Positions 50,849 to 64,000 of a DNA stretch of 64,000 nt are shown in pieces. Under the pieces are notes generated by a model that was not told the DNA's origin, searched no databases, and saw only the letters and a program-made list of their open reading frames with translations. Source of the DNA: Camelus dromedarius (Eukaryota); assembly GCF_036321535.1 (NCBI RefSeq), contig NC_087437.1, positions 68,946,001 to 69,010,000 on the forward strand. Direction: 5' to 3'. The first letter of the stretch is position 1. Every line of letters begins with the position of its first letter. A program made the position numbers and the translations under genes.

Positions 50849-51519
50849 TGTGACTGGTAAGTACCATGAGAGCAGATACTGTTACTGCCCCCCATTTTAC
50901 TCTCTTTTGCTCAATCAATGGTTATTGAACTGAAACTGCATAAAATGAGAACATCTATCAAAGTAGTTATAGGATATTTGAGAATTTCTTAAAGAATATT
51001 TAAGTGCTCTGGTAAATAAAAATCAACAGTGCCTGTGCAGTGTTTGTCAGCTTCACTGCTTGGAAAAGTCATCGTTTTTCCTCTTGAAAGGCCTTTGAGA
51101 AACTGAGCTCATCTTCATGAAGGGAAGTGATGCTATGTTAATTTGAGCAGCATTATATAGGATTAGGAGGCATTCTGACCAAATCAGGCTCAGTTGCTAT
51201 ACCTCAGGCTTTCCAGCTTCCGCCTTTCCAGAAGACATTCTGATTCAATGAGTGTAGATTAATTCAGAATTCATCTGATTTGGTATTAGAGCACTTTGTC
51301 TTCTTTTCAGTAAACTCTACCATCTCCCTGACAGGTGAATGGCCTGGATTAGTGGAGGGACCGGGAAAGTGCAGGCTCCCTCACTATTGACTAACCACAT
51401 GCAGGAAGCAAAGAAGCATCGAGTCTCCCTCCTCTCCAAACAGTCCTTGTGCAGATGGAATTCTCCTTTGTCTTAGAGGTGTAGACCCTGGTAGTGCCAG
51501 TGTGCTACATGAATGAATG

Positions 51520-51625
51520 AGTCATAGAATCATAGAACGTTAGAGGTGGAAGGGACCTCAAAGACCTTCTTGTTCACCTTCTAGACCCTCCTCTCCCGAG
51601 TCTGTATTTTGCAAGTGAGGAAGTA
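51520..51625 (-). mobile_element. MIR3/L3-tail SINE fragment
   Basis: 'tcatagaatcatagaacgttagaggtggaagggacctcaaaga...attttgcaagtgaggaa'. Confidence 0.7.
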
Positions 51626-51782
51626 GTCATACTAATACTGCATTTCTTCCGATACTGAAAGCAGAATTGAGGCCTTGCACTAGAAACGCATTTCCCTTAA
51701 AAGTGTGGTCAGACCAGACTGAATGCATGCTAGACCCTACAGAATAATTCTTGGATGTGTGGCTTATCTGTTTGCAACTGAC

Positions 51783-51783
<1 letters not shown>

Positions 51784-51815
<32 letters not shown>
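51784..51815. repeat. A32 homopolymer
   Basis: Read directly. Confidence 0.95.
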
Positions 51816-51820
<5 letters not shown>

Positions 51821-54650
51821 CTGCACAAATTCTCTTCCTCTAAATAGTTAAGCTTTATGTATTCTTGAGGCATCGAATGTGTCCCTTTAAATGGATTCTC
51901 CCATTTATTTTAAAGTTCCTAAAATAAAAAAGATCCCAGCTATGTATGGACTTCTTTGTTAGTGCCTGCCACTGTACTCCCAGCTGTGGCTACTGAAGAG
52001 CTCCCAACAGATTGCTCAGCTTTGCCTAATTCCTGAATCATTAAGATTCAGGCCTGGTGGTATATTAGAAACTAATTCTCTACCAGCAGGAATAAGAAAA
52101 TTAGTCTGTAGCCCTATGCCAGGTGTCCCTTTTCTCCCAAGGACTGCATCAGCACCAAGCTGAGCCGCCTTTCTTTATTCACACTCCCCTCCTCCTCTTG
52201 CTTCTGTATTTCCATTCCATGCTTCTAAGCTCCTCGCTCTTCTGGGCCTCTTACAACAGCCCCCGAGCCCCAGCCCAGTTGTCTAGGGCTCGGAGCCTCC
52301 TTCTGGCTCCTGAAGATCTCTTCCTCCAGGGTCTAGATCCTGTTCCCAGTGTCATTAGTCGCTGGCTGCTGCCTTGCTTAAGCCCCACTGCAGCTTCCTG
52401 AAAGCACACTCAGTTCCCTCACCTACCGCTGGGTATCAAGCCAGTCCCTCCTTTGACCTCCCTTCTTTCTCTTCTGTTAAATCATACCTTTGGGAAACCT
52501 GGCCCAAGCCTAGAGGATTCCCGGTGTAACTCTGAATCCGGCAATGTGGACTTCAGTCTCTCTTCTCTTGAAATTATCACATCTACCTTAGGATTATTCC
52601 TTAGAACCTGAATTTCCTTATTTCCAGATGGCTTCGTCCTCCCCACTCATTCGCTGCAAGGCACAGTGCGGTTCATGCTAAAATTATATAGAGTATCCAA
52701 TTCTGGCCAATTTTCAGGAACAGAATAATACATACTTGTTCGTGTGACGGTATCCCATTTCAGTGGACACTAGGAGTCTTCCTGCAGGGCTGCTGTACTT
52801 TTCGTGTCTTTGATGACTGCCTTCCCAGGAAAAAATTAATCATCTATCTAATTTTAAATGTTGAGTTTAAAAGGCAGTATCAAAACATTGGCTAGGTGTA
52901 AGGATCTCATAAAGATGTGAAAGGAGATTCTAATGCTGTGAGTTCTGTTTATGCAGAAAATTAGATACTCGGGTTGGTTAAGAATGGAAACACGTGTCAT
53001 ATAGTATTGTTGACTGTTTTCTTCATTTCCTTTCACTTTTTTTTTTGCTTTTGAGATGCCAAGAAGAAGCCCACAGTGCAGTCAAGATAGATTTTTTTTT
53101 TTAGATACAGAAATCTCTGCTATCAGAACTGTGCATACTAGAACACACCCTGGTTCCATATATTAGCCTGTGGAGACTTCATCACATATTAGGCTGCAGC
53201 CAAAAATGTGTTTATATAGTCATCTTGAAAATTGTCAGACAATATATCACTTGAAGGCTGTCATATAAAGTAAAACATTAAGAAGAATATTTATGGGGTT
53301 TTTGTGCTGTCCCAGCATTACAACTCCAATAAATCATTCTGCAGCATGTACCCCTCTTTCCTCTCTGCCTTTGTAGAAGTTGAGCTGACTGATACTTGGC
53401 TGGAACTTGGAAAGTCGCAAGCCTGATAGAATGCTGACTTGGAGAGTGCCGATTAAACCGCCTTCCTATGGGATGTTAGTCCCTAGCCTGTGAGCACCCA
53501 AAAGCACATTTCCCCTATGTCCACTCTGCAGACTCCTTGGATGAAATTAAAACTAGTGGGAAAATGGCCATATAATATGAAAAAGCATTCCAACTCCCAA
53601 ATAGCACTAGAAAACTGCAAATTAAAAAGATGCCAAGCGGTACCCGTTGTTTTGACAATGTACTGACCCCAAGCAGTTAGAGACATCACACTAGCAGTTT
53701 GGATTTAGGAAGCGCTGTTAAGTAAGTAATGAGTTTATCTTAAAGCAGCTGTGAAGCTCTCCTGCCCTTTCTGGTGCTTCTAGGTCTGTGTTGATTTTTG
53801 TGTCAGGCTTCATGCTGCCCTTGCTGAATGGTAAGAAGTCTAAGCAAAAGTCAGCGGCTTTCATTCTGAAAGATGGCACATTTAATGGGGGAATGAAACA
53901 GTGAATGATATTTCCAGGTGCAGTTTCTAGCATTCCATCTATATGGGTGGCATTGTGACATAGCATTCAAAAATGCATTTTTTATGTTTTAATTTTAGCC
54001 TTGGAGAGATTGTGGGTTGCTGCTGGGCACTCAGTCAGCCAGAGATGCTAATGTATTCACAGCTTAAAAGGAAAAGAAGAGGAGATGGACGTGGGTTTTG
54101 AGTACCATTAATATTCAGTCCAGAGCTTTCACAGTGGGACCCCCGATGACATGATGGGCAGATGTGGAGGGCAGCTACAAATCCAGGAGGGGAAGCTGCT
54201 ACCCAGGCCCCTGTCTTCATTCCTACTGGGTCTCTGTACATTAAGCCTTGTAAAAGACAAAATAATTACCTTTAGGCTTTTATTTCCTTATTCTTTTTCC
54301 ACGTGTAGTTGTTCACTTACACAAAGATGAGAATGAATGTCCTTTTCCTGTTTGAAAATCTCCTATCTTCTCATCAAGCTTGCTGGGTTAGCAGGTACAA
54401 AAATATAAAAATGTCACAGCAAGACTGAAAGAAAGAAATTAGCATCTTGTGTAAAATGCGGCTAAACGTGATACAAATATCCATTTCTTATATTTTACTC
54501 TATTGTTTCAGGAAGACACACACAAATAAATAGTATTTTTCTGTAGTGTGAATGAACATTAGGAATTCCAAGCCACATTTTTGCAGTGAGGACATATGAT
54601 AACTAATCTATAATACACTGTAGTGAACATGCTCCGTACTCCCGTGATCC

Positions 54651-55208
54651 TGTTACCCCTAAAAGTAAAGACCCTGGTTCTTGTTATACCTGAAAGATAA
54701 CATTTACAGTCAGAAAATGGTGCATTGTGTAATGAGAGATTTTTAAAGATTTATATGAAAAAGGAAAAGTACACGTCCAGGAACGGGAGGCGGGCTGATC
54801 CAAGAGAGGAAAAGCAGTGGTTTTTGTCTCCCCTTTCTCTTATATCCTCACTTAGAGGTGGTCTATTGATGGATTGACAGCTCTTGTCCCTGGAATGCTT
54901 GGTCATGTTTGGCTCCTTTGCGCATGTCCTTATCCATGGTGTATACAGGAAAACCCACGGGGTCAGGAGTAGGGGAGCTAAACTGCAATGTTAAATATAA
55001 TACAGTGAACACTGGGTTGTGTCTGGGTAAGTCCTTTCTACTGCCACGCAGTTGTGGCTGTTGGATTCTAACCGGTTTCTTGATGGCTCTCATTTAGAAG
55101 AAAGTAAAGTCCCTTTATGCTGGAGGTGGGCATAACACCATCTTTTGGACCACACTCCCTCTCCTCCACCTGTCTGCCTGGTGCCCCTACTTATCTAACT
55201 ACCTAACA
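54651..55208 (-). mobile_element. ERV1-class solo LTR, 558 bp, intact termini, 4-bp TSD
   Basis: Termini TGTTA...TAACA; minus strand starts TGTTAGGTAGTTAGATAAG; TSD atcc at 54647-54650 and 55209-55212; minus-strand TATA-like GATATAAG near 54839-54846. Confidence 0.85.
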
Positions 55209-55569
55209 ATCCACATGAAAATTGTGTATATATTTCTAATTGCTGGTTAATATGCTTACTTCCTCAATTAAAACACATTCCCTGAATCTCCAATTTTTCC
55301 CTAATTAAAGGTTGCTTCTTTTGAAAAAATTGCCATGTATTTCAAACCCACTTCTTTAGATCAAATTGTAAATTTAGGTACATGAATATTAATATCAAAT
55401 TTATGGATATTTACCTTAAAAAACAAATTGACACAACAGAATTTGCATATACAGTATAAAACTGTTTAAATAATCTGAGTTTACATGCATTGACTTAATT
55501 TCGGGCCTCTGAACCAAGGGGCCAGATTTGTGATCTCAAACTCTGATTTTTCTGAGTTTGTGTCTTTGT

Positions 55570-56070
55570 AAAATAAAAATCTGATAATAAGATAGTACAA
55601 ACATAAAAACAAAGATAAAATCATCTCTTATAAGACCCTATCCAAAGACAACCACTCTTAACATTTTGTATTATATATAGGTTCAATATTTTTCTTTGCT
55701 AACATAGACAAAAACTGGAGTATATGATATATTTTACTTTCCCTTTTTTCAATAAACATATTACAGATTTCTATGTCAACAAAGACAGACCTACATAGTC
55801 ATTTTTAATGGCTGTATATATTTCTATTGTATGTTACTATCATTTCTTCAATCACTTCCTTATTAATGACCATTTTGGTTACTTTTAGTTTTATGTTCTT
55901 GTAAACAGTACTCATGAACCTTCTTAAAAATATAACTTTAATATTAATTTGATTATATTCTGGTATATAATTTTGGATATTTTTCATGGAATTGCTGTGT
56001 CTAAGAAAGCACATATTTAGAGTTACGATTCATCTTGCCAGACTGCCTGATGTTTGAGCCATTTTTCCTT
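55570..56070 (-). mobile_element. Old L1 (L1ME-like) 3' fragment
   Basis: 'ccaaagacaaccactcttaacattttg', 'tttttaatggctgtata', 'ggaattgctgtgtctaag'. Confidence 0.65.
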
Positions 56071-57334
56071 TCCACTAGGGGAATGCTTAATGGATCCTGG
56101 CGCTGATATATATACACAGCGATAATGAAACACCCTTTGGTGTTTGTAAAATGCTCTCACATTCACTGAACATTTGGCCTTGTAGCTATCCTGTGAGGTG
56201 GGCGGGGCAGCTGTGACAGACACTGAGGAAACCAAGGCATTCCAGGATGTGTGCTTCCTTGATAGTCCGACAAGTGCTGCTTCAGTTTGCCTTTCATTGT
56301 CATCTCTTTGTGGAGGTAGGATGATAGTATATTTACAGTTCAGATCTATTACTAAAAAATCTGTGTTATCTATTAAAGGAAGCTAGCTGATGCCAATTGG
56401 CCTTTCATTTGCATCTAGTTCTAGGCATTGTGTACAGAAGTCCTCTTAGTCCTTGTTATGAAATAACACCATTTGGGATAAAAGTAACAGTCATACTTCT
56501 AAGGCCAGCACTGCTGAGATACTTCATTATGGAGAAGGAGGAGCTGAACCATGCAATGCCACCTTGCTTCTGAGGACCACCTTCCCACAGACTGTCTTAC
56601 TGTGAATGCTGCCATTTCAAAAATGTGCATGAGCAGCTGTGAGCAGACTTAGTGAGGAACCAGTGCAGATGGAGGCAGGACGCGGGCACAATCAGAGTGG
56701 GGAGGGGTCTTAAGAGAGTGGATCCAACTGATGACTTAATGTGTTTGAATCATTTGGATGAAATTTGCATTTTTGGTAGCGAGTTTAGAAATGAATTAGT
56801 GGTGAATACTTGGCAAATAAAACACATGACAAATATGGCAATTGGGGGGAAAATTTAAAAATTATGCTGGAAAGAGAAAATGATCACACTACATTCATTC
56901 CATGGCTAGGCTACAAAAATATTTACAGGATCAGAAAATGTAAAATCTGAATACCCATCTTTTAGGGACAGTTGTGATTTGACTATACTGCGGGTTATGG
57001 ATAGAGGAAGTGGGGATGGGTGAGAAAGTGATGTGCTAAATGATTCAATTCTCATCTTTCTTAATAGGAGATTAATGGATAATATGTAAAACTGGAAAAT
57101 CAACAAGTGGCAGTAAGCTTTATTTTGTCTCTTCCCAAAATATAGAGGTAAATATCAGAATAAACAAGAAAAAAAAATGCCCATGAGACTTGATTTCTCT
57201 TTTAGTACCCTGGTCATAGCCTAGATAAAGAACCCTTCATTTAATGCCCATATCATAGCTGAGGCAAGTCTGGAATATTCAAGCGACACACCATTGAAGG
57301 AAAATCAACAGAGGGCTCATGTCTTACTGTTGTG

Positions 57335-57492
57335 CTATTATAGACATTTAAGAATCTGATGTAAATCATAGCTTCCGTTACTGGTTAAACTACACATAAA
57401 CACTCATGTAGAGGTTTTGTATATTAATAAAATTCATGGATTCTCTCGAGTCCATACATGGGCCACAAATAATCATCTTAGAATCTCTGCTA
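57335..57492 (+). mobile_element. MER117-like hAT-Charlie MITE
   Basis: 'tttaagaatctgatgtaaa.catag...ttttgtata...ttcatggattctct..agtccatacatggg...agaatctctgctag'. Confidence 0.5.
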
Positions 57493-58728
57493 GAGACAGT
57501 GTGATTTGAAAAGCCATATCTTACTTTCTCGGGTTACTGCTTATTACTTCAAAAAAAAAAGTCTTTCTTGAGTCTTCTCTTCATCTCTTAGTAGCCAGCA
57601 CCTAATACTACATTTCTATACAGCTAGACTCTCTAAATTATAGATCCAGACAGGCCAATGTGTGTTATTAACAAATTCAGGCCCCCTCTCCTACAGTGAG
57701 TAGTTTCTCCCCTGACCTTACCTGTCAGTCAGTGCCCTGGTTCTACATAGACATCAGAATAATAGCCATGTTTCTGTATGACATAGTCATCATAACACAA
57801 AAAGTGACAAACCCATACAGAGCTTAGGTGGCGAAGACCTCCCATTCCTACTGTTGTTTTTTTGTTTCCTTCAACCTCTTTCTAATGTTTGATGTTGTTT
57901 CCTTTTTATTTGCTGAAGGAAAGAATTTTAAGTTTTATATTATTTTGTGTACTAAGGGACTCTGTGACTTGAAAAAACTCTTTCTCTGTCTTAAATGGTT
58001 GCTAGGAGACACTGGCTAAACAACTCTAAATCAGTCAACCTGTGGTCTTATGTCCCCTTGGAAGCAGTGTGTGTCCTTGCACAGCAGAGAAAATACTAGA
58101 GAGAGCTGAACTACTCAGAGACAAGATCTCCTAGTTCTTAGCCAAGGGTGAGAGAGAACAGAATAATAAGGATGATTTTCTGAAGAAGGAACTTCTGAGA
58201 TGAGGTAGAACACTGGGATTTGATACAGACCTTAAGATGAGAGTTGTTATAGAAAAAAAAAAAAAGAAACTGCTTTCTATAAAGCCATGTAAAAGTTTTG
58301 GAAGGGGATGGGTGAAGTTTTTGGTTTAGAGCATCTTAGCAAGATGCTTTTCAGTCCAACTTGTAGTCCTGCGAAGGAAAGAATGCCTCTTTATTACTTG
58401 GTAATTTAGTAGACAAGCTCTCCTCAATTTCCCTATTTTAAGTCCACTGGAAATTTGTTCATCTTTCACCCTTCGACAAATAAACCAGCTGTTTGCTGGG
58501 GCTTGGGGTATGGGTTCTCTTTTAGTGCCCCGCGGTTCTAGGGCTAAGCTCCAGTAGCTCTTTATCCAGTAGCTCCTAAACCCATGGTGTGGTTTAGGAG
58601 CAGTGAGAGGACTGTGCTGCTCCTCATTCTTTTGTGCTCACTCGTTCTGTCTATGCCTGGGTTTCTTCAGCCATAGATTCATTTCCTTGCCTCTTAAAAG
58701 ATGGCGACGTGTTAAGCACATACTGTTT

Positions 58729-58816
58729 GGAAGGAGGGAAGGAAGGAAGGAAGGAAGGGGAAAAAAGAAGGAAGGAGAGAAGGAAGAAAGGAAGGCAGGA
58801 GGGAGGGAGGGGGGAA
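58729..58816. repeat. Imperfect (GGAA)n/(GGGA)n purine tract
   Basis: Read directly. Confidence 0.95.
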
Positions 58817-61800
58817 ATAAGAACCCAGGTAAGAGGTAATACTCAATCTTATCAGCAAATGCCTTAGAGGAATTAGTTGCTGCAATCTGTGCAGGGGCCT
58901 CAGCAAGATGGACAAAATCTGAGGTAAGAGTTGAGACCCTGGGAGGGGAATAGGTTACTTACTTCAGCAATTTTGCCAGAGGTCAATGAAGCCAGACCTC
59001 CAAGGCTCACAGGAAGTCTGAGAGGCCAAAAGGGGAATTAAGATACCAACCCTGGAGGCCAGTTTGGGCTGATTGCTTACTCAGGCACAGAATTCGTGCT
59101 CTGTAGCTCTGATCTCCATAGATATGGTCTACCCCTAGTTAGTAATGTTTTTAACTCTGTGATTTTTCAGTAGTTCAGACTCTTGAATAGCATCTTTTCT
59201 AAAACTACGCCATTAAGAACAACCCCACTGCTGTACAAATAGTAATGACCAACAGAGCAGTTTTCTCAATTGTCTTGATATAAAGGGTGACTGCTTTGTC
59301 TTTCTAGCACTTTTGGTGACAGTTCATCGAAGCCTGCCTGGGCTCGCTGACCCCCACTGACCTCAGCAGCAGGACTTCCTGGCCCTCAGCCCCAGGCAGT
59401 CTCCTTACTGCTCTGCAGGCTTAGGTAGCAGCGTGTAGTGTGTAGCGCTGTGCTGCGGCCTTGGGAGGGAGCTGGGTTTTGGCTGTGATGCTGCACTGTC
59501 TAACATGTTAACTTCAGTGGGTCACGTCTCCAATCCGAGACTGACTTTATCCATTGATACAAGGAGAATTCATTCTTTTTATTAAGCAGTAGCTTGCTAA
59601 GGACCGAGCTACCCTGGGCACTGTGGGTCTAGATAACCTGAACTCCCTTTCTGATCTATAAACCTCGGCTTTGTTTTTCAGTCCAGGGCAGGGCTCGTCA
59701 CTGAGTCGTTTGCTGCTGCTGATCACAGCGTGGGCTCTGTATCCAGCCAAAAGCTTCTTTATTTCATGATGAGTATTGGAGGCTCTACATCCAGCTCTCT
59801 CAAAGGCTGGATTTCTCTCTGTTTAGTTTCCAGTCACCCCATGATCGTTACTACTGCGTCTTGCTTATTAGCTGCTGTTGGAAACTTTTTTCTTGCTAGT
59901 TTTTTGGTTTGTTTGATTTTTTTCCTGCTTGAAAAAAGCACCTTGGCCTCTGGCCCAGAGTTCTTGAGATTTGCATCCTGCTTTCCCTGTAGAGATTGGT
60001 CAGAGTCTCCATCCCTGAATGACCATCCTTCCAGCAACCCACCCAGTCTGACTTCCATGCAGCAGAGATGCTCCACTGGGCACACGTGGTGCTGGCTTTC
60101 TCTCAACGGAATGATTCTCCCACATCCTAATCCCAGTTCTGACAGGAGTCTGATTAAATACACCAACCAAAAAACAGAAAATGCTTATGGCAGATCTTCA
60201 GGCAATTTCAGCATCCTTGGGTTGGCTTGTTTTTGCTGCTTATCTAAAGAGAAATGCCAAACCACAAGCACTCCCTCGTCTGGCTGGTAACAAACCAAAA
60301 GGGAACAGAGCTCCACATTTCTGTTGTTGCATCATCCGCTTTTCTCTGTTTTCTTTTCTTTTTGATTCTGTGTCAAATATCTGTCTGTGCATAGCCTTCT
60401 TGCCTCCTAAGCATTGTCACTCTTTGGAGCTTTGGTTTTAGAAACATGCACACATATATATGCAATTAAATGTAGGCTTTGACTTTTCGCCTGGGAAACT
60501 GGAAGGATAAGGTGAGCTAAGCTTTTAATTACAAGTACCCATTCTGGGAGGCAGGGAGTGTGAGCTTCCGACAGCTACCGCTGCTCAGCCTAATCCCATC
60601 TTTCAGGGAAGAAAAAGAAAAAACCCGCAAGTATCTATGTACAAAAATGTTGACTTAATATATTCGACACGTTTGGTTTTCATATTTGCTGAAGTCAACT
60701 CTGCTTGAAAACCAGAGGAAAAACAGATTGTTGTTGTTAAGGTGAAAGGCTTAACGTACCTATGATTCCTTGATTCCTCTTAGATGATTGCATAGTCCTA
60801 TTTCTTTTTTGTTTAAGGTTGTCTCATAATACACGGAAACACTAGTGTTTTATGCTTTTATAACTGCTTTTACCCCAAATCCCTTATCTCTTTACAAATA
60901 CTAATTACTGTGATCTAATGTCATTGGAAATTGTTAAATATGCTCCAAAGAGGTTAAATACTTTAAATCCCGATTTACAAATTAAAACCTAGAATGTGGA
61001 AAAAGCTAAGCTGCATTGGGGGATTTAAATAGGGTTTTGGTTGAAACAAGTAGAAATGACAGCTGTCAGCCCAGTCCCCTAGTCCTTGAACTCATTTGCT
61101 ATCCTACACTTCTTGAATTATTATATGTGTCGGAAGACAGGTTGCCATTGTGAATTCAGACACTGAAGATCTCTTTTCCTCCAAATAATGTATAATACCT
61201 AAAAATATCATTGCAGAGTGGTGGCATCATTCCAGGTCAAACTTTAACGTATTTCTTTCTTATGGAAGTCATTTTTTCATATCAGGAATTGTAAATAGTA
61301 AAGTTATTTCTTCCTTCTTTAGCAGTTTCTAGACGTTTACCAATTTGATTCAGGTTTGTAAGTTAAAAAAATAAAGATACACCACATATAAGTATAGGAA
61401 TGTCTATATGTCTAGGTATGTATAGGCACATGTATGTATCACAAGTTTGTACATATGTCATATAAATATATACATGCACACAAAATAAGACAAACAAAAA
61501 TTATCCCCATTTACAATCTTGCTGTGAGGAACAAGGAGATGAGCGTCTCAGCTGTTATACAGCTATGTGTCAATGTATTTCTAGCATCGCCTTCCTATTT
61601 CTAAAGACTTGTCTGTTTTTAGAGTTTTGGTGAAGCAAGAGGATATGCCATCTACACACATGTGCTAATAGTCTATAACTTCATCTCAATGTTTCCTTAT
61701 TATATTTCCTCTGAAAAATTATTGAGCAAGGAGTGCTTCAGAGGCCCCATTGTAAGTAGGTACACATAGACCAGAAAGGGTGTCTAAAGCATGAGGCTGA

Positions 61801-63614
61801 TCTTAAAATAGGTAATAGGTTGCAAGAATTTTATTGGGACTTTCATAGGCAAGATGTAAATAGATTTGACATTAGGAAATATCAGAGTAGTACTTGGAGA
61901 GTGAGAGTAAGAATATAAAATACGGTCTATTGTGTATAGGTAGAGAAATTAGAAGACTGCCGCTGGCACCATTTAATTTTTACTGAGATTGCAAAGAAAC
62001 TTTGCCAGTACAACAGGGCAGTGTTCTCTCCTCTTGACTTGTATCCTAGAGCATTAGATCCTTTGTGTCTGAATCTAAGGGACATGTTTTCTTCCCTGGA
62101 TGTGAATCAAACAGTATTTTAGATGACTCTTTTGGAAGTGGGTGACATTAAGTACAAGAAGTTTGGTTGGTGAGTGGATGAGAGGCCGGTAAAACATTTC
62201 ATTTAGCTGCAAGAATATTCTTCATGCTTGTCAAATAATTGGAGCAATTTGTTTCCTGTTCGCAAGCATTCATTTATTAGAATTTATTTTACTAATTTTC
62301 AAGTCCTCCCCAGTATCTTTCCAGCATGAAGTGTTGATTGTAAACTTTCTACCAACAGTTTTCCCTCAGAATTTACTTTCGGTTAAAAGTTGATCTTAGA
62401 TTTTATGGTCTCAGATTCTGCATGAGGGATGACTTTCTTTAAACTGAACTGATTCTTGCCCTAGTCCAATGTTAGAGAAATTCCAAAAGGTTTGCTACAG
62501 TTCTACACTAGCTTTTGTCACCTGTTTACAGGTATAAATATCCCCTAACCTGGGAACTGCAGGGTTCAGGTTTCCTGGATTCTGTCCGATAATTGGATGA
62601 TTTGGACATAGGTTATGAGTGAGGATTAACTATGAATTTGAGTTTGAGCTATGTATGGCTGATGTCTGTATTTATATATTCCTATCTCTATATTTTTCCT
62701 TATTCTTTAAGTTAATAGACATAAAACATATACAAGAGTTCCTGGCCCAATGTAAATACTTAATAACTGTTAGCTGTCACTGCTTTGTTGTTACTGTTGT
62801 CACACTTGTCACTGTGTTGTAGTTTTTAAATAACATAATAACCTTCCCCAGGGAAGCATGAGCCACGGTCTGAAGGGAACTTGCATGATTAGCCACTCTT
62901 AGTTTGGTGTATTTCACGGTAACAGACATCCTGTCTAACTCTCCCCCACACAGCAGTGCTTCATCTCATTTCAAGGACTGGCATCTTCTACTCTAGAAGG
63001 TTCCTCCATGATTGACAGCTCTCTTTCTGGTGCTGCCTCCTGGGAAGGAGCTGCAGGCCTTTCAGACTGTGAGCCAATATGTAGGACCCTCTGTTGATCT
63101 TTGAACAAGCACTAGCTGTGGAGGGTGAGTTTTCAGTCTGGCCAGGTTTTAGCAGGATTCAGAGAGGAGGCTACTAGGAGCCATCCTGGTGACACTCCCC
63201 TGGGGCTTCTCCTGTGCCTTGACAAGGCACAAAGCTGGCCCTGGAGACAGGGAGACTGCCTCAGAGCTGCAGGTCCACATGAGAGGAGGCCCGTATCTCC
63301 AGTGAACCACCGTTCTGATCAGTGCACAAAGAGAGTGAAATGACATCTGGTTCGGAACTAAGCTTTGTCCCAGAATGAACTGAGCCATACTCCATAAGCC
63401 CAGGGTTACTGACTTATCACACGTGGCAGTAGCCTCTCCATCTTGTCACTGCCTTTGCAGCATCTTCTCTAATTTTTCTCATCACTGCAGTTTATCTCTC
63501 CAGTCTCCAGGCAGGCAGTTTATCCTCACTGCTACCATCATCATTTCTCATAAATGTGTGTATTGTTAACAATCAAATTACCTTTGCCAAATTCCTCAAA
63601 TCTCCACAGATTAC

Positions 63615-63870
63615 CAGTGTGGCATGACTATTTAGGTCACAGTCTTTGGAATCCGTTTGACTTGGCTTTGTGTCCCTTCTGTAACTTGCTGGTAGGCTGA
63701 CCTTGGGCAGATTATTTAACTCTCTGATTCTTCCTCTCATTGGCCACAAAATGGTGGTATTAATAATTACTGCTTCATGGTGTTTCTGTGAGGACTAAAA
63801 ACAATGGTGTATGTAAAGAGCTTGGCACGTGGTTTGGACGAGGCCTCAGTATATCTTAGCTGTTGCTAAT
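63615..63870 (+). mobile_element. MIR SINE, near full length
   Basis: 'cagtgtggcatga...ctttggaatc...tgaccttgggcagattatttaactctctg..tcttcctctcatt..aaaatggtggtattaataat...tgtgaggactaaa...atgtaaagagcttggcac'. Confidence 0.85.
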
Positions 63871-64000
63871 ATTTGCTTCCTAGTCTTTTCTTCTTCCCTC
63901 AGTTTCTTCTTCAACCTCTCCTTCCCTCTTCTAGGCTCTTTGGAATGGAATCATACAATAATGGATCACATCTCTGTCCTACATCTACGGGGTGTGGGAT

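Noticed and set aside
59415..59465. miR-15/503-like TAGCAGCG in a hairpin
   Set aside because: Fold-back is only ~45 nt with ~14 interrupted pairs, and nothing beyond the seed matches a miRNA I know
59765..59825. Box C (ATGATGA) snoRNA or SECIS element
   Set aside because: No suitably placed box D or terminal stem, and no SECIS quartet geometry
59730..60290. 186-aa ORF, the longest in the window
   Set aside because: Non-ATG start, Ser/Leu/Phe-rich composition from T-rich DNA, no recognisable domain; not called as CDS
1..64000. CRISPR arrays, operons or other prokaryote-type systems; host-gene name
   Set aside because: The sequence is mammalian repeat-rich DNA with no regularly spaced repeats, and no recognisable exon allows a gene symbol

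Overview
AT-rich mammalian non-coding DNA, either a very long intron or intergenic sequence. It is most likely from a camelid, because two tRNA-Ala-derived Vic-1-type SINEs are present and I saw no Alu, Bov-A/BovB, PRE-1 or Can-SINE. I can support no protein-coding exon and no RNA gene. The listed ORFs are microsatellite read-throughs, degraded repeats or chance frames. Much of the window is interspersed repeat: L2, MIR, CR1/L3, old and young L1 3' ends, MaLR/ERVL/ERV1 LTRs and hAT-Charlie MITEs. Several insertions keep target-site duplications (TSDs) that can be read directly: a twin-primed, 5'-inverted L1 inside a MER5A, an ERV1 solo LTR, and an MLT1 inside an L1. Repeat-free blocks rich in transcription-factor motifs look like enhancers. 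The most interesting leads are an unusually well-preserved CR1 ORF2 relic (possible exaptation) and several splice-site-bounded micro-exon candidates (6, 18 and 33 nt on +, 66 nt on -). I did not find a convincing novel biological system, and I could not identify the host gene. Repeat family names come from recalled consensus resemblance, not a database search. Boundaries without a TSD are approximate.
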